This document shows positions 12,778 to 25,142 of a stretch of DNA of 51,639 bases, in pieces; the first letter of the stretch is position 1, and every line of letters begins with the position of its first letter. Made by a program: the position numbers and the translations under genes. Location: the NCBI GenBank assembly GCA_023645945.1, contig JALAIB010000011.1:1-51639 (forward strand), given 5' to 3'. The DNA is from Diploschistes diacapsis (taxonomy: Eukaryota). Under the pieces are notes generated by a model. That model saw nothing but the letters and a program-made list of their open reading frames with translations. It made no database searches and was not told the origin of the DNA.

Positions 12778-13186
12778 CCCAACCCCTGGCACAACGTTGC
12801 GAGGGCAGTTGAATTGGATCCCTCGTTTGAATATTTAACTGTGCGGTCGACTTCCGATAACTAACACCCGCAAACGGTTTCCCAGCCAAAATTTCGTGAC
12901 TTTTGACTATTAGGTATCTATCCCTCATATGGATGCTCTTCGTTATTCTGTATGGCAGCAGTTACATTCGCATTTAGCATAAAAGCTGGCTCGTGGGGCG
13001 ACGCGAGAGCCAAATTGACTGAATCTTTCGATTCCCTGTGGCTGGTCAGGCTGTGTGCCAATCTACTGGGTTGGAGTCACGATTTCGTTAATGGGCTCAC
13101 TGCCATCTGCTGCTGAAACATCTCCGCCATTTTAAGGCGAGCCTAAAATTTTCGGCAACTCCATCAATTGTGTCTTTACGCTTAGC

Positions 13187-13815
13187 TTAGCAATGGGAAA
13201 TTCTCGTGATTCCTTTACTTTGTTCCCAATCAGCTTCGTCTGTCACATTGTTATTTGAAGTAAACCTTTCCTGGGCGAGCAATGCATCCTGCTGAGCTCT
13301 TGTTTCTTCTAGACTCTGCTGCCGTTGACCTCCTGACTGCCAGTCTATCCTGGCTTGCTCTTCTTGCAGCACCATCTCTTGTTCTAGTCGTGTTTGCTCC
13401 TCTCCATGCAGCCGTTCTTGTTCCAATCTGGCTTGCCCTTGCTGTAACCGTGCTTGTTTCTAGGCGTGCTTGCTCTTCGCGGTGTAATCCGTTGTTTGCT
13501 CCAGTCTCTGCTGCTCCCAATCTGGCCTGCACATCCTGTTCAAGGCTAGCTTGACAATCCCATTTTGTGCCTCACTTCCCGTTGTTGCATAAGTCGCCGC
13601 TGTTGCTTTGAGTCTCCCCAGTATCGTTGCAATCGTGCTGCTCGGTCGATATTTGCCAAAAGAAACTCTGATGAATATGCTTGCTTTAATCACAAAAACT
13701 GGCCGTTGTTTTTTAGGCTTGGTTACGTGGCATGCCGCTCCTCTGTACCTTGGGTATTCCGCAGCCCTTCCTTAGTGACGAGCAGCGGCCCTGGATGTTC
13801 CGATCTTGCCGCCAT
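13187..13815 (-). pseudogene. Frameshifted Q/E-rich coiled-coil repeat protein gene
   Basis: EQARLEQ-type repeats are spread over three frames (EQQRLEQ; LHREEQARLE; QARLEQERLHGEEQTRLEQEMVLQEEQARI). Confidence 0.5.
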
Positions 13816-15061
13816 GGTGGCTTCAGCTGCAACAACAGGATGCCGTCGCATTCCAGTTATTTCTGAGGAAGTGAAAACCTAACCTGTGTGCAAGATCGGC
13901 GAATTCACGAAGTACTACCTTATCTGCCTCGAGTATCGGCTTTGCCAGTAAGTCCCTTACCTGAAGCCTTTTTGGGGATAATTGCGCATGACAAAGGCGG
14001 TAAGCGACCGATAATGGTTATGTTGTAGCTTCGTTGCTCTTTGTATCCCACTTATAATTCTAATCGTGGATTGTCAATGGTTCAATGCACTATAGTGGTA
14101 TCATACCCTGCGGATTCTCCTTTGGCCGACATGCTGTCGCCTATGAAGGAGAACCGGATCTGGAGAGTATTACCAAGGAGGGAGTAGGAGCAAGGAATAC
14201 AAAACTTGGGCCAAGATGCACGGATACTCGCCATAGGCAAGGTATCTATCTGGGCCTTTATAACATTATGCTTACTGCTATAGTTGTCTGGAACAAAGGA
14301 TATGCAGGATTGCCTACGGGGGAACGTGCGGTGCTAGCTCGATCAATACGTAAGGTTGACGGAATTGGGTGAGCATCGAGTTCTCAGCAAGCTATCTAGT
14401 TCTCGACCACTAGTCAGTAGGAATCAATCCGTACTTAAAAAGACTTGGTACCGCTAAGAATTGATTCGTAACTAAGAAGCCGATTGATTCTCAAGAACCT
14501 TCCGGTCATTCAGAGATGGAATTCTTATCAACCTACTGGTTCCCAAGGTCCCGTTCTTGAGAAGTGATAGCATCTCGAGAACCCACCGGCTTTGACTTAT
14601 GCAGAGCTTTACGCATATTAATGATACCGGTCCTGACAAGTGCTTTCATTCAGAGGTGCGGGGGGCCATCGTTCATTTCAGTTTGCGATACGCCATGGTG
14701 CTGGACCCGGATGTGCCTCTACTGACTGGTAAGGACCATTCCAAAGCGAAGTGTCTTATCAGCTGAGTTTGCGCGATATGTAGATTCTTTGCATGGATCC
14801 AGCAATACCCCCAGTCACGGCGGCTCTGCTTGCATGGAATGTTGCCGGCCTACGAAGGGACGCCAGTACTTAGCAGAAAGGTGTGTCCTCTGCCGGCAGC
14901 AGGCGAACGTCCTCGCTTGATATTGATCGGAGATGAAAGCAAGTGTCACATTGTCCGCAGCAACGCCATCATTGAAATAAGCCGAAATTCAAGTTCTACC
15001 AATATGCACAACTTCTTCTCATAAAACATCGCCAGAACAGCAACCACGTGAGGATTGTTAC

Positions 15062-16307
15062 TCAACGCAAGCGATTGGCTGATATCTTTTCCAAGGCCTT
15101 GCTCCGCGTTTTCGACTTTTCCTCCTTGTCTTTGAGATACAGTCTCTCGTCGTACAGATCACGTAATCGATTATGCACGCGCTGAATCTCTTGCTCTACG
15201 TGTTCGAGTTCCCTCTGTCGCGCATCTGCATCCTTTCTGTGCCAGTCATTGATCCGCTCGATTGTGTCGCCCACAGGCTTGGTCGTGTCGGGCTTTGCCA
15301 AGGCCTCCTCCAAACCGGGAAACCACGGGTAACTGGCTTTTGATCGACATCGGCGAAGCTTTTGCTGAGCTGAAGTTGTTTTCGTGGCCGCATCGCCCTC
15401 CATGCGCCGTTTCCGAACTGGCCTGGCTGGAGCATCAAGCAGCGGGTCATCGATCTCGATGGGATAGTCTTGTTTCATGTCAGCATCGTTCTGGCCATCA
15501 TGGAGTCGCTTCACCTTGTGCACATCCTGCAAGTCGGTTCGTGGTACAGCGGTGCTGGAATGGCTGTTCGGGGACTGCTGCACGTGCTGCGTCGTTAGGC
15601 TGGTGCTGCACCTTGAGGTGGTCATTTGCTCTTTTCGACACTTCACAAGTCTCTGGCTCCTTAAGATGTTCATTGTGGAATTGGCTGGCTGGCTGCGTCA
15701 TCACTTGCGTCCAATTCTGTGCAGCTAGCTCCTGGGTTAGAGTGATGGTCGCTGGGGTCATCACTTGCGTCCAATTCTGTGCAGCTAGCTCCTGGGCTAG
15801 AGTGATGGTCGCTGGGGTCCTCACTTGCGTCCAATTCTGTGCAGCTAGCTCCTGGGCTAGAGTGATGGTCGCTGGCGCCTCAGGATGCTCGGCCAGCTTT
15901 GGATTTGGCACCCAAGTTGTAGTCGGACCACCTGGGTTCGCGACCGGCGGCATAGATGGCTGAACCTTCTTCGTACTCAAGTTGCCAGCCATATCGTCCG
16001 ATAGCCCCTGCCAAACCTCTGCACCTTCTAAAACCATAGAGCTCGCTGACTCTTCCTGCATCCATATTGCCAAGCCGCCGTCCGTTGACTGCGTAGTGAG
16101 TTCTAGATCCTGCGGGCTGACCGTGGCGGGCTGGTACGCCGAGAAGTAGGGATTTGTTGCTTCTGTTGTGGTCTTGCTGCTCGTTGTGTCCGTCCAGTTC
16201 CCGGGCCAAGACAAAGTCGGAGTCGAGGCAGGTGTCCACGGAAAGTCCATGCTGTGTTCGTCACGGCCTTTGTGGGCCATGGGTTCATGGCTGCTGTGAC
16301 GAAACAT
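15062..16307 (-). CDS. Hypothetical low-complexity protein with 20-aa tandem repeats and a C-terminal coiled coil, split into two overlapping frames
   Basis: ORF 15498-16307 (269 aa) overlaps ORF 15062-15673 (203 aa) on the same strand in a different frame. Confidence 0.45.
15697..15875. repeat. 60-bp tandem repeat, 3 near-identical copies
   Basis: Unit GTCATCACTTGCGTCCAATTCTGTGCAGCTAGCTCCTGGGYTAGAGTGATGGTCGCTGG(G), encoding PATITLAQELAAQNWTQVxT on the minus strand. Confidence 0.95.
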
Positions 16308-16971
16308 GTGCTCTGATGTCGGCTCAAGAGCTTGGGTAATGAGGTCCAGTCTGATTGAGCGATGGAGGGTGACCGAACAGCGAGAGAGGAAGAGAAAGTG
16401 GCAGATGTGTCAGGTGTGAAAGAGGAAGGAAGAGTTCGAGGATGCCGCAACCAGCGAGCTTAAACATCCGCCGTTGTCGTCAATCACCGACCAGGGTGGC
16501 TTGTAACCTGCCTGGCTTTATTCTGGCATTCGTAGGGGCTTGGATAAGAGGGCCGGACCAAGCCTGCAGGCATGTGGAAAAAATCGTTGCATGTTTGCTC
16601 TGGCTAGCATGGATGAATGATGATCATCCACGACGGCTTCCTGCTGCCAGCCCCCATTGCATCGCAACCAAACAGGAAACGCACTCTCGGAGAATAAAAA
16701 GCACGCACAGACCAATAATACTTCAGGATTACCTCCGTAAGGGATCTTCTCACCCTGGACATTTGGTAACACCACCTCAGTAGCCGTTGAGATATATCAC
16801 ATCTCATGCAGTTGAAGTTCCTCCCTGTAGTGTAACGTTTTACACAGAAAGCAGAAATTAACCGCAAGCGCTCCTACCTCTTGGTATGTGCCAAGACCTT
16901 TGTATTCCCCCCACTCCATCTCCACCTCCAAAGAACACCCTCTACCCCATTCCCCATTCCTTCTACTCGAC

Positions 16972-18938
16972 ATGGCAAAGAGTGAACGCCTGGACAAAAT
17001 ACAACAGCAAGCCCTATCCAAAGGCCAGGTCACGAAACCAAACCCCGCAACCCCGTCCCCATCAGCAAGCACCACTCCCAGCAAAGAGGCACGTCCATCA
17101 TCTTCAATGCTTTGTGAGGCTAACTTCAGCGTAGGTCCTCCGAAGCTCGCCCGTTCTTCCTAAAGTCATCAATTCTCCAGAGTGGACGCAAAGGTCCAGT
17201 CCAAACCCCCGATCTGAAGAGATCGCACAGCCCCGCTCTCAAAGCAGGCACGAACCGACATGGGAGCTTGACCGAAAACGAAAGCGATCGAACAACGCTG
17301 AGGATCCGGCAGGACAAGTTCAAGATAAGCCTATTGATAAACGGGCACGAGTCTCGTCAATAAACGGTGCTGCTGAAATTAAAGTGGAGGTCAACGACAA
17401 CGAGAACGAAAACGAGCTCCCGATCGAGTATTGGACAAAAACAGGAAGCTGGCCTAAAATACTTTTCCAACCGGACCCCAATATGAGCCAACAACAATTG
17501 ACCAGAAAAAGGTCGTCTTCTGCAATGAGCTACAGTCAGGGCGTCAAGGAAGGCGAATACCCACCGGCTCATTCTCCGGCATATGAAGATCAGGTTCTTA
17601 AACCAGCTGGGATTATCATGGATCTACAGCTGGGCGAGGCGGCCATCTCCGACGAGTCCAAACAGCTTTGCATCACTTTGATCGATGCCAAATACGAGCC
17701 CCCCAAGAACTCTCTCTTCGAGGAGAACCTGTTTTGGAAAGTTACAAACGGCGTACGTAGCAGAAACGAGCCAAGAGTTGTGAGAGATATTGTGCCATGG
17801 CTCACCCCTTCAGCCGAGCTTCTTTTCATGCGTGGCGTTTTGGAGCTTGAGGACTTGACAGAAGAAATCCAAACAGATTGGACCAGGTGTGTCCCTCTTG
17901 CCGGACCTTCACCAAGACCCGATTTTACGGTTGGATTCCAGTCATCTGCATTCACCGACGACGAACTACAAAAACTCAAGTGTTACAGTGCGCCGGAAAA
18001 GCCGGCATTGGTTACCGAGCATTTGTATTTCCCTTTTCTCGTCTGCGAGACGAAGGTGAGGTCTATAATATACAATGCTATTTTGTCTTAGCTGACTTGT
18101 GTTTGCTACCTCCAAGTGCGGAGAAAACGGACTCAACTTTGCAGATCGGCAGAACGCTCGCAGCGCCAGCACAGCGGTCAATGCAATCCTTCAGCTTCAT
18201 CAGCCCATGGCCCGAGCAGAGAAACTTCACCGGAAGGTCCTCGTATTTTCCATCTCCCATGATCATGAAATGGTGAAGATTTACGGTCATTACGCTCTGG
18301 TTGGAGGAGACAAGTGCACCTTCCTCCGCCACCTTGTTCATAGTTTCAACATCACCGCCCGCGACGGTAAGGACAGATGGACGGCTTACAACTTCGTTCG
18401 AAAAGTTTACGACCATTTCGCCCCAAGTCTGTTGAAGATGATTCGAGATGCTGTCGCGCACTTACCGTCCGAGCCAGCCATGGCCATTCCCGACAGTGGG
18501 GCCCCGCAGTTGCCCAATTCGCAAGCAACAACAAGTGCTCCTCTGACAAAGGATACTGGGATCTTCAAAAAACCTGCCCTACCGCCAAAGGTCAAGTTGC
18601 AGCAGGAGATCGATCGGCTAGTTGAACAACTCAAACAACGAGACGAGCAGTTCAATCTTCACTTGAAGGTACGAGACGAACAGTACGATCGTTTAAACAA
18701 GCTGTTCAAGCTTTTGCTCGAGCTTAACTTGAAACAGCAAACCCCACCAACTGCCAAGTCTAGGAGCTAATCTATGTTACAACAGGAACTTGAGCGACAG
18801 CGCGATGAAACCAAGCAACAACTCGAGCGTCAGAGGGAAGAGCACAAGCAACAACTCGAAGAGCACAAGCAACGACTCGAGCGTGAGTGGGAAGAGAGAA
18901 AGAAACTTACAGACATGTTGGTGCAAAGGTTGAGCTAA
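16972..18938 (+). CDS. Second PD-(D/E)XK-like (DUF7924-like) protein with a C-terminal coiled coil
   Basis: ATG 16972; GC-AG intron 17089-17134; PIEYWTKTGSWP and PSPRPDFTVGF...YFPFLVCETK; intron 18056-18116; CGENGLNFADRQNARS, FSISHDH, IYGHYA, GKDRWTAYNFVRKVYD. A probable intron 18670-18785 leads to an ELERQR-repeat exon. The 3' end is uncertain (18770, 18938 or later). Confidence 0.8.
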
Positions 18939-19332
18939 GCCGTACATAGAGTACAAGCAACAACTCGAGCGCACGAGGGAAGAGAAGGAAGAGAAAAAGC
19001 AACAATATTGGGAGCTCCTCAGTTCGAACGGGAAACTTATAGATGTTTATCCCAGGAGGAGCACCACCCGCTCGGCACCCTTTCGGCATACACTATGTAG
19101 CTTGGTATCATCTGTTTCGTGTTCTCTCGAACATAAGTTCATATCTAGTTCTTAACATAAATATATGTATAACGTTACTTTATATACGAGTTTACCATGA
19201 CCAAATGAATTGATACCCTGGTGGTGCTACCCCGCATCCTTTTTTGTCGAACCTGCTAACCCAAGTCGATGATGTTGTCGATGAGGATCAGACCAGATTA
19301 CCAAGCCTGGAGTGAAGAATATTCGTAGTTGT

Positions 19333-19365
19333 TGGCAACATTGGGAATCGAACCCACGACCTCCG
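19333..19365 (-). other. tRNA 3'-half fragment / isolated Pol III B-box
   Basis: Minus strand reads CGGAGGTCGTGGGTTCGATTCCCAATGTTGCCA: variable loop, T-arm with a perfect GGTTCGATTCC, acceptor strand and discriminator. No matching 5' half seen. Confidence 0.5.
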
Positions 19366-19448
19366 AAAAGGTCTGCCCAGCAGTCGTCTTCAGTACTTGT
19401 ACTTGATCTCTCCTACAGGGTCTTTGCACTTGCCTAGCGCCTATCCTG

Positions 19449-22400
19449 ATGGCAAGCTTTCGTGTTCGCCTCAACTGCGTTGATCATTATCAGGGGACGC
19501 CAACCAGTCTAGAGCCGCGTTTATTTCCTCAATCAGCAAACCAAAATGGCAAGCCCAGCTTCAGAGTACCCATCATCCGGGTCTTTGGATCTACACCTAC
19601 AGGACAAAAGGTGTGCGCTCATATTCATGGCGCCTTTCCTTACCTTTACATAGACTACCACGGTAACTTGGCTACAGTGGAAGGCGAGTGCTTTTATTTA
19701 ATCGTTGGATGCATTATCGATTGACATGCATCAGTTCGAAGTTACATTTCACGTCTGCGTTTGGCCATCAATCATGCTTTAGCAGTTAGCTATCGCGAGA
19801 GGGCCCTGTCTCGGCCAAGTGTCTATGTGGCTCATGTGGAACTTGTGAAGGGAATTCCGTTTTATGGCTACCATGTCGGTTACAGTCATTTTCTCAAAAT
19901 CTATCTACTTAATCCAGCGCATATTACACGATTAGCCGACCTGTTACGCCAAGGAGCGGTCATGCTGAAGCCAATCCAGCCATACGAAAGTCATTTGCAG
20001 TACATTCTTCAATGGATGTGTGACTACAATCTCTATGGATGCGCCTTTCTTGACTCAAAAAAAGTCCTTTTCCGAAATCCAGTGCCTGAGTATGAAGATC
20101 TGAAGCATTCCGCTCACATGTGGCATGATCATTCAATAGAACCATCTGCAATATGCAAGGAGGAAGACTTTCCTCGACAGAGCCATTGTGCCATGGAAGT
20201 CGATATTTCTGTTGAAGATATTACCAACAGATTGGATATTGAGGAAAGGAGGATTCACCACAACTTTGCTGGGCAAGATCATCCATTCTCTAATGATCAG
20301 AAGCTGGTTCACAGCCTGGCTGGACTTTGGCAGGATGAAACTCGGCGTCGGAAGGCACGTATGGGACTGAAGGACTCTGACGCCAGTCCCTTTCCCCCCG
20401 AGGTCCTGGTATCCGTATCAGCTGATCCTCGCAACACTTCACCTAGTGGATGGATCCATGAAGAGGAGTATCGAAAAAAGCTAGAGACTGAAATCATTGC
20501 GGAGAGACAAACTGATGGGAGACTTGACTTGACGCTTCAAAACTTTGTCAACCAAAATTCTATGGAGCAGAGTCCGAAAACAGCTTTTGAAAGCGTTTCT
20601 GATCTCTTTACTTCCAACTTTTCATATCAGAGCTCGCCTTTAGCCGAAGAATGTCTTCTCACTGAAGCTGATGATATGCCCACTGTGGATGGCCAAGCTG
20701 AAGTTGATGAGACTCGAATTCTTGCGCTACAGAACGAAGATTTCTTCGACACGGACGAGGACTTCTTAAAGGAAGGCGAAGGGGCGGAAAATACAAATAC
20801 TATTAATGGAAACCTCGAGGATGAGACCGGCACATTGCAGCTACCAGGGGACGATAATACCGTTCGATCCGGTGCTCCGTCTGAAGCTGTGAAAGACGAC
20901 ATATCATCTGCAGAACCTTACAGTTCATTGGAGCTGGAGAGCCTGGGGGTCCGTAGGGCGAATGATGGCAACGTCCCGGAATATGACCTTTTCGATATCG
21001 AATCCGAGTACAGAAGCAATATAGGTTCCCCATTGGCACGTGTACGACCTGCGGAAGACAATTCGAGTGATTCCGGAGAACCACGTAAACGCCGGAAGCT
21101 GCTTAACGGCGCCAAAGAAATTATGAGAAGAGGGGACACGGCACCTGTTATTACTGGGAAAACAGTACCGCTTGATGCAGGGTCTGATCGTGAGAGGAGT
21201 GGCTCCGAGGCCGCTTGCGAAGCCAATCATACCGATCGGCCCATTGTTCTTTCAGGTCTAGGTAGCCCAGGAAATAAGCCTTCTTCAGCGCTTTCCCATA
21301 TCGTCACTGCCAAAGATGCGAAGAAGTTAAATTCTCCGGTAGTCCAGGGACCCAAGGACCCAACTACTATGCAAAAACTAAGTCAAGAAAGTCAAGAAAG
21401 TCAAGATGGCAGTGAAAGCCGGAAACCTCAGAGGAAGCATGTGTCATTCGAGGTGCTTAGCTCTTCCAATAGCAAAGACATCGGGTTATCAGACGAGTCT
21501 TCACTGCAATTAAAAAACCGCACTTTGTCCCACGTTAATCTGTTGGCTCCTGCAGTGTCAAGGTTAAGAGTGTGTCTGTCGAAAGAACTCAGTATTCGGG
21601 GTCGTGCGAATCTTTTCTGTTATGCCACTAAGCCTCCTACTGCGCGACACATTATGCAAACATTCAAGCTGTACAAACTTCCAACTATAAAGTACCAGGA
21701 CCCATATTACGCTGATGAATCCGATGTGCCTAGAATTGAGCGCGAATACGCCGGTAAAGGATTTAAGCTTGAAAGTCTGACTGTTCCCTTCCTTCAAGAC
21801 TTCGAGCCTAGACGAATCTATTCGCCTACCTCTGACATTGAGCGCCAACACAACGGCAAGTTTTCGAACGGACAGCCGTACAAATTTGCTCGGCAAACAT
21901 GCTCAATTCGCAATTGGGAAATTAGAGATGCACCGCCGTGTTGGCAAGATGTACTAGATTGGATGCGCCATGAGAAATCTCAAGATGCTTCAAGCAAAGA
22001 TGCCTTGAACGTTAACTTGGGCATGCACTCGCAGATTGATGCTGCAACGCAGAAGCACAAGCACGGCTTTAAATACTCTCAGAAACAGGCAAATACAAGC
22101 GTCCGCCACGAAACACACTATATGAGCCTCATGAGCTTGGAGGTCCATGTCAATACAAGAGGCAATCTTGTTCCGGATCCCGAGAAGGATGCAGTATCCT
22201 GCATTTTCTGGTGTCTCCAGGCGGATGGTAGCGTACATCATGCGGGTGGCTCTGACGAAGCTGCGCATGCGGGAGTATTGGTTGTGTCTGAGCCAGGTGT
22301 TCTGGCACGCAAAATATCCCAACATGTAACGGTAGAGATAGAAGAGGAGGAGACCGAACTGGATTTGATTACTCGCATGGTAGATATCGTTCGGGGTCAC

Positions 22401-24662
22401 GATCCAGACATCTTGACTGGCTTCGAGGTGCACAATGGCTCATGGGGATATCTCATTGAGCGTGCGCGACGCCAGTATGAATATGACTTATGCGAAGAGT
22501 TCTCACGAACACGGTCACAGTCGCATGGGAAAATGGGGAAGTCACTCGATCCATGGGGTTTCAACCATACTTCCACAATCAGAATAACAGGCCGACACAT
22601 GATAAATATCTGGCGAGCCATGCGCGGTGAACTCAACCTACTTCAGTACACCATGGAGAACATTGCGTTCCACATCCTACACCGGAGAGTGCCACACTAT
22701 CCGTTTAAAGACTTGACCAGGTGGTATCAAAGTGGAAAGCCCCGAGAGCTCGCAAGAGTTGTGGATTATTGCCATAGTCGGACACGTCTCGACCTTGAGA
22801 TCCTCGAGCAGAACGAATTGATTTCGAGAACTAGTGAGCAAGCTCGACTACTCGGTGTAGACTTTTTCTCTGTGTTTTCTAGAGGCTCGCAATTCAAAGT
22901 TGAGTCTCTCATGTTCCGCATAGCCAAACCAGAGAATTTCATTCTGATCTCCCCCAGCCGAAAGCAGGTCGGTCAGCAGAACGCTCTAGAGTGCTTGCCG
23001 CTCGTCATGGAGCCCCAAAGCGCGTTCTACCCTGGCCCGCTTCTTGTTCTAGACTTCCAAAGTTTGTACCCAAGCGTCATGATAGCATATAACTACTGTT
23101 ACTCAACCTTCCTGGGCAGGGTAGTACACGGGCGTGGTCAAAATAAGATGGGCTTCACAGATTTTGAACGGCAGTGTCGGTTATTGGAACTTCTGAAAGA
23201 GCATATCAACATTGCGCCAAATGGAATCATGTATGCCAGGCCGGAAGTACGGAAGTCGTTGCTCGCCAAAATGTTGGGTGAGATCCTAGAGACTCGTGTC
23301 ATGGTCAAAAGTGGGATGAAGGTCGACAGGGACGACAGGACCCTACAGAGGCTTTTAAACAACAGGCAACTGGCACTGAAACTAATTGCTAATGTCACTT
23401 ACGGTTACACATCAGCGTCTTTTTCGGGGCGGATGCCATGCTCGGAAATTGCGGACAGTATTGTCCAAACGGGTAGGGAAACTCTGGAGAAGGCCATAGC
23501 ACTGATCCACTCGGTTGAGCGGTGGGGTGCTGAAGTCGTATATGGCGACACGGACAGTTTGTTCGTCTATCTCAAAGATCGAACACGCAACGAGGCATTC
23601 GACATTGGAAAGGAGATTGCTAAAGCTGTAACAAGTATGAATCCAAAGCCCGTAAAGCTAAAATTCGAGAAGGTTTACCACCCTTGCGTGCTACTAGCGA
23701 AGAAACGCTACGTCGGCTTCAAGTACGAGAGTAAGGACCAGGTGAAACCTGATTTCGACGCCAAGGGGATAGAGACGGTAAGAAGGGACGGCACGCCGGC
23801 GGAGCAGAAGATTGAGGAAAAGGCTCTGAAGATCTTGTTCCGCACCGCAGACCTGAGCGCTGTGAAAGCGTACTTCCAGAGGCAATGCACGAAAATCATG
23901 AAAGGGCAGGTGTCTGTCCAAGACTTCTGTTTTGCTCGCGAAGTCAAGCTTGGGACATATAGCGACAAAGGCCCACCACCTCCGGGAGCACTTATCAGTA
24001 CAAGGCGTATGCTGCAAGATCCTCGTGCTGAGCCTCAGTATGGCGAAAGAGTTCCGTACGTCGTCATAGCTGGTGCCCCAGGCGCGCGCCTGATTGATCG
24101 ATGTGTGGCTCCAGATGTTCTTCTCCAAGACGACCAGCACGAGCTGGATGCCGAGTACTACATCGCTAAGAATCTGATCCCACCATTGGAAAGAATTTTC
24201 AATCTTGTTGGCGCCAACGTGAAACAATGGTATGACGAGATGCCAAAGTTCCAGAAGATTAGAAGGATGGAACAACCCACTGGCGGTCAAGGGAAAGAGC
24301 TTATTATGAGTAGGAAGACGCTCGAGTCTTACTTGAAGAATTCGGCATGTACCGTTTGCAAGCGCAAATTAGAGGAGGCGGAATTTCCTTTATGCCCAGA
24401 CTGCCTCGAGCAACCGGAAACATCTTTGCTACTTTTAAGACAGAGGATAGGACTGGATGAACGCAAAGCATCGCGACTCCATGAGGTATGCAGATCTTGT
24501 GCACAGCTTCCATTCGGCAGCGAGGTACGCTGCGATAGCAAAGACTGTCCGGTTTTCTACACCCGAACTCGACACATGGCTTTATTGAGTAGTAACCGGG
24601 GAACGGTGAAACCTGTGCTCAAGGTCTTGGAAAGCGCGGGTGGAGATACGTGGTTATGGTAA
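19449..24662 (+). CDS. REV3: DNA polymerase zeta catalytic subunit (~1720 aa, one GC-AG intron 19684-19734)
   Basis: B-family motifs LDFQSLYPS, QLALKLIANVTYGY and YGDTDS. N-terminus VPIIRVFG...CAHIHGAFPYLY; C-terminal CysA/CysB clusters. Confidence 0.97.
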
Positions 24663-25142
24663 GGAATTAACGATTCAGGCTTGTACGATGATAGATGGCA
24701 TTGATACCCGGGAGGAGGCGTTGGTCCATAATGAGACATCAGGCTTGCAGGGACTCAAACATGTTGTACTAGTATAGTAGCACATAAGAGAATTATCCAC
24801 ACAACGTACCAGATAGCTTTCAAAGTAAACACACGTACCTCTCTACAGGCAGTTCCCCAGGTTCCTTAGATAGGACACATGCTGAGCGCCGAGTACCGTT
24901 CTATAGGCAGGGTAGATACTTCAAAATAGGTCAACATACCGACAGCGCCGGAACCTCTTTTCCGAAGCAGTGCTTGGCGTGGTTTCTTAATAAACTGCCA
25001 CGACCGACCGGAATGACCCTATACCTAAATACCCAGGTACAAAGTGCAACTCCAATGCTCCATTCCTATGTGATCTTACGGAGCTATCTCGCACTTCGCA
25101 CGCAGTAGCAATGGATTGCCATGGCAGAAAGAGTCGTTGACC

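Noticed and set aside
14085..14800. Short ORFs and splice-like signals between island genes
   Set aside because: No coherent gene model or recognisable motif could be assembled by eye.
15697..15875. Regular repeats that could look like a CRISPR array
   Set aside because: Head-to-tail 60-bp units without spacers, in frame within a eukaryotic ORF: a coding minisatellite.
19175..19186. TTAC-N7-A, a Starship-type target motif near the island's right end
   Set aside because: Only five informative bases in an AT-rich tract, no matching direct repeat found on the left, and no captain gene.
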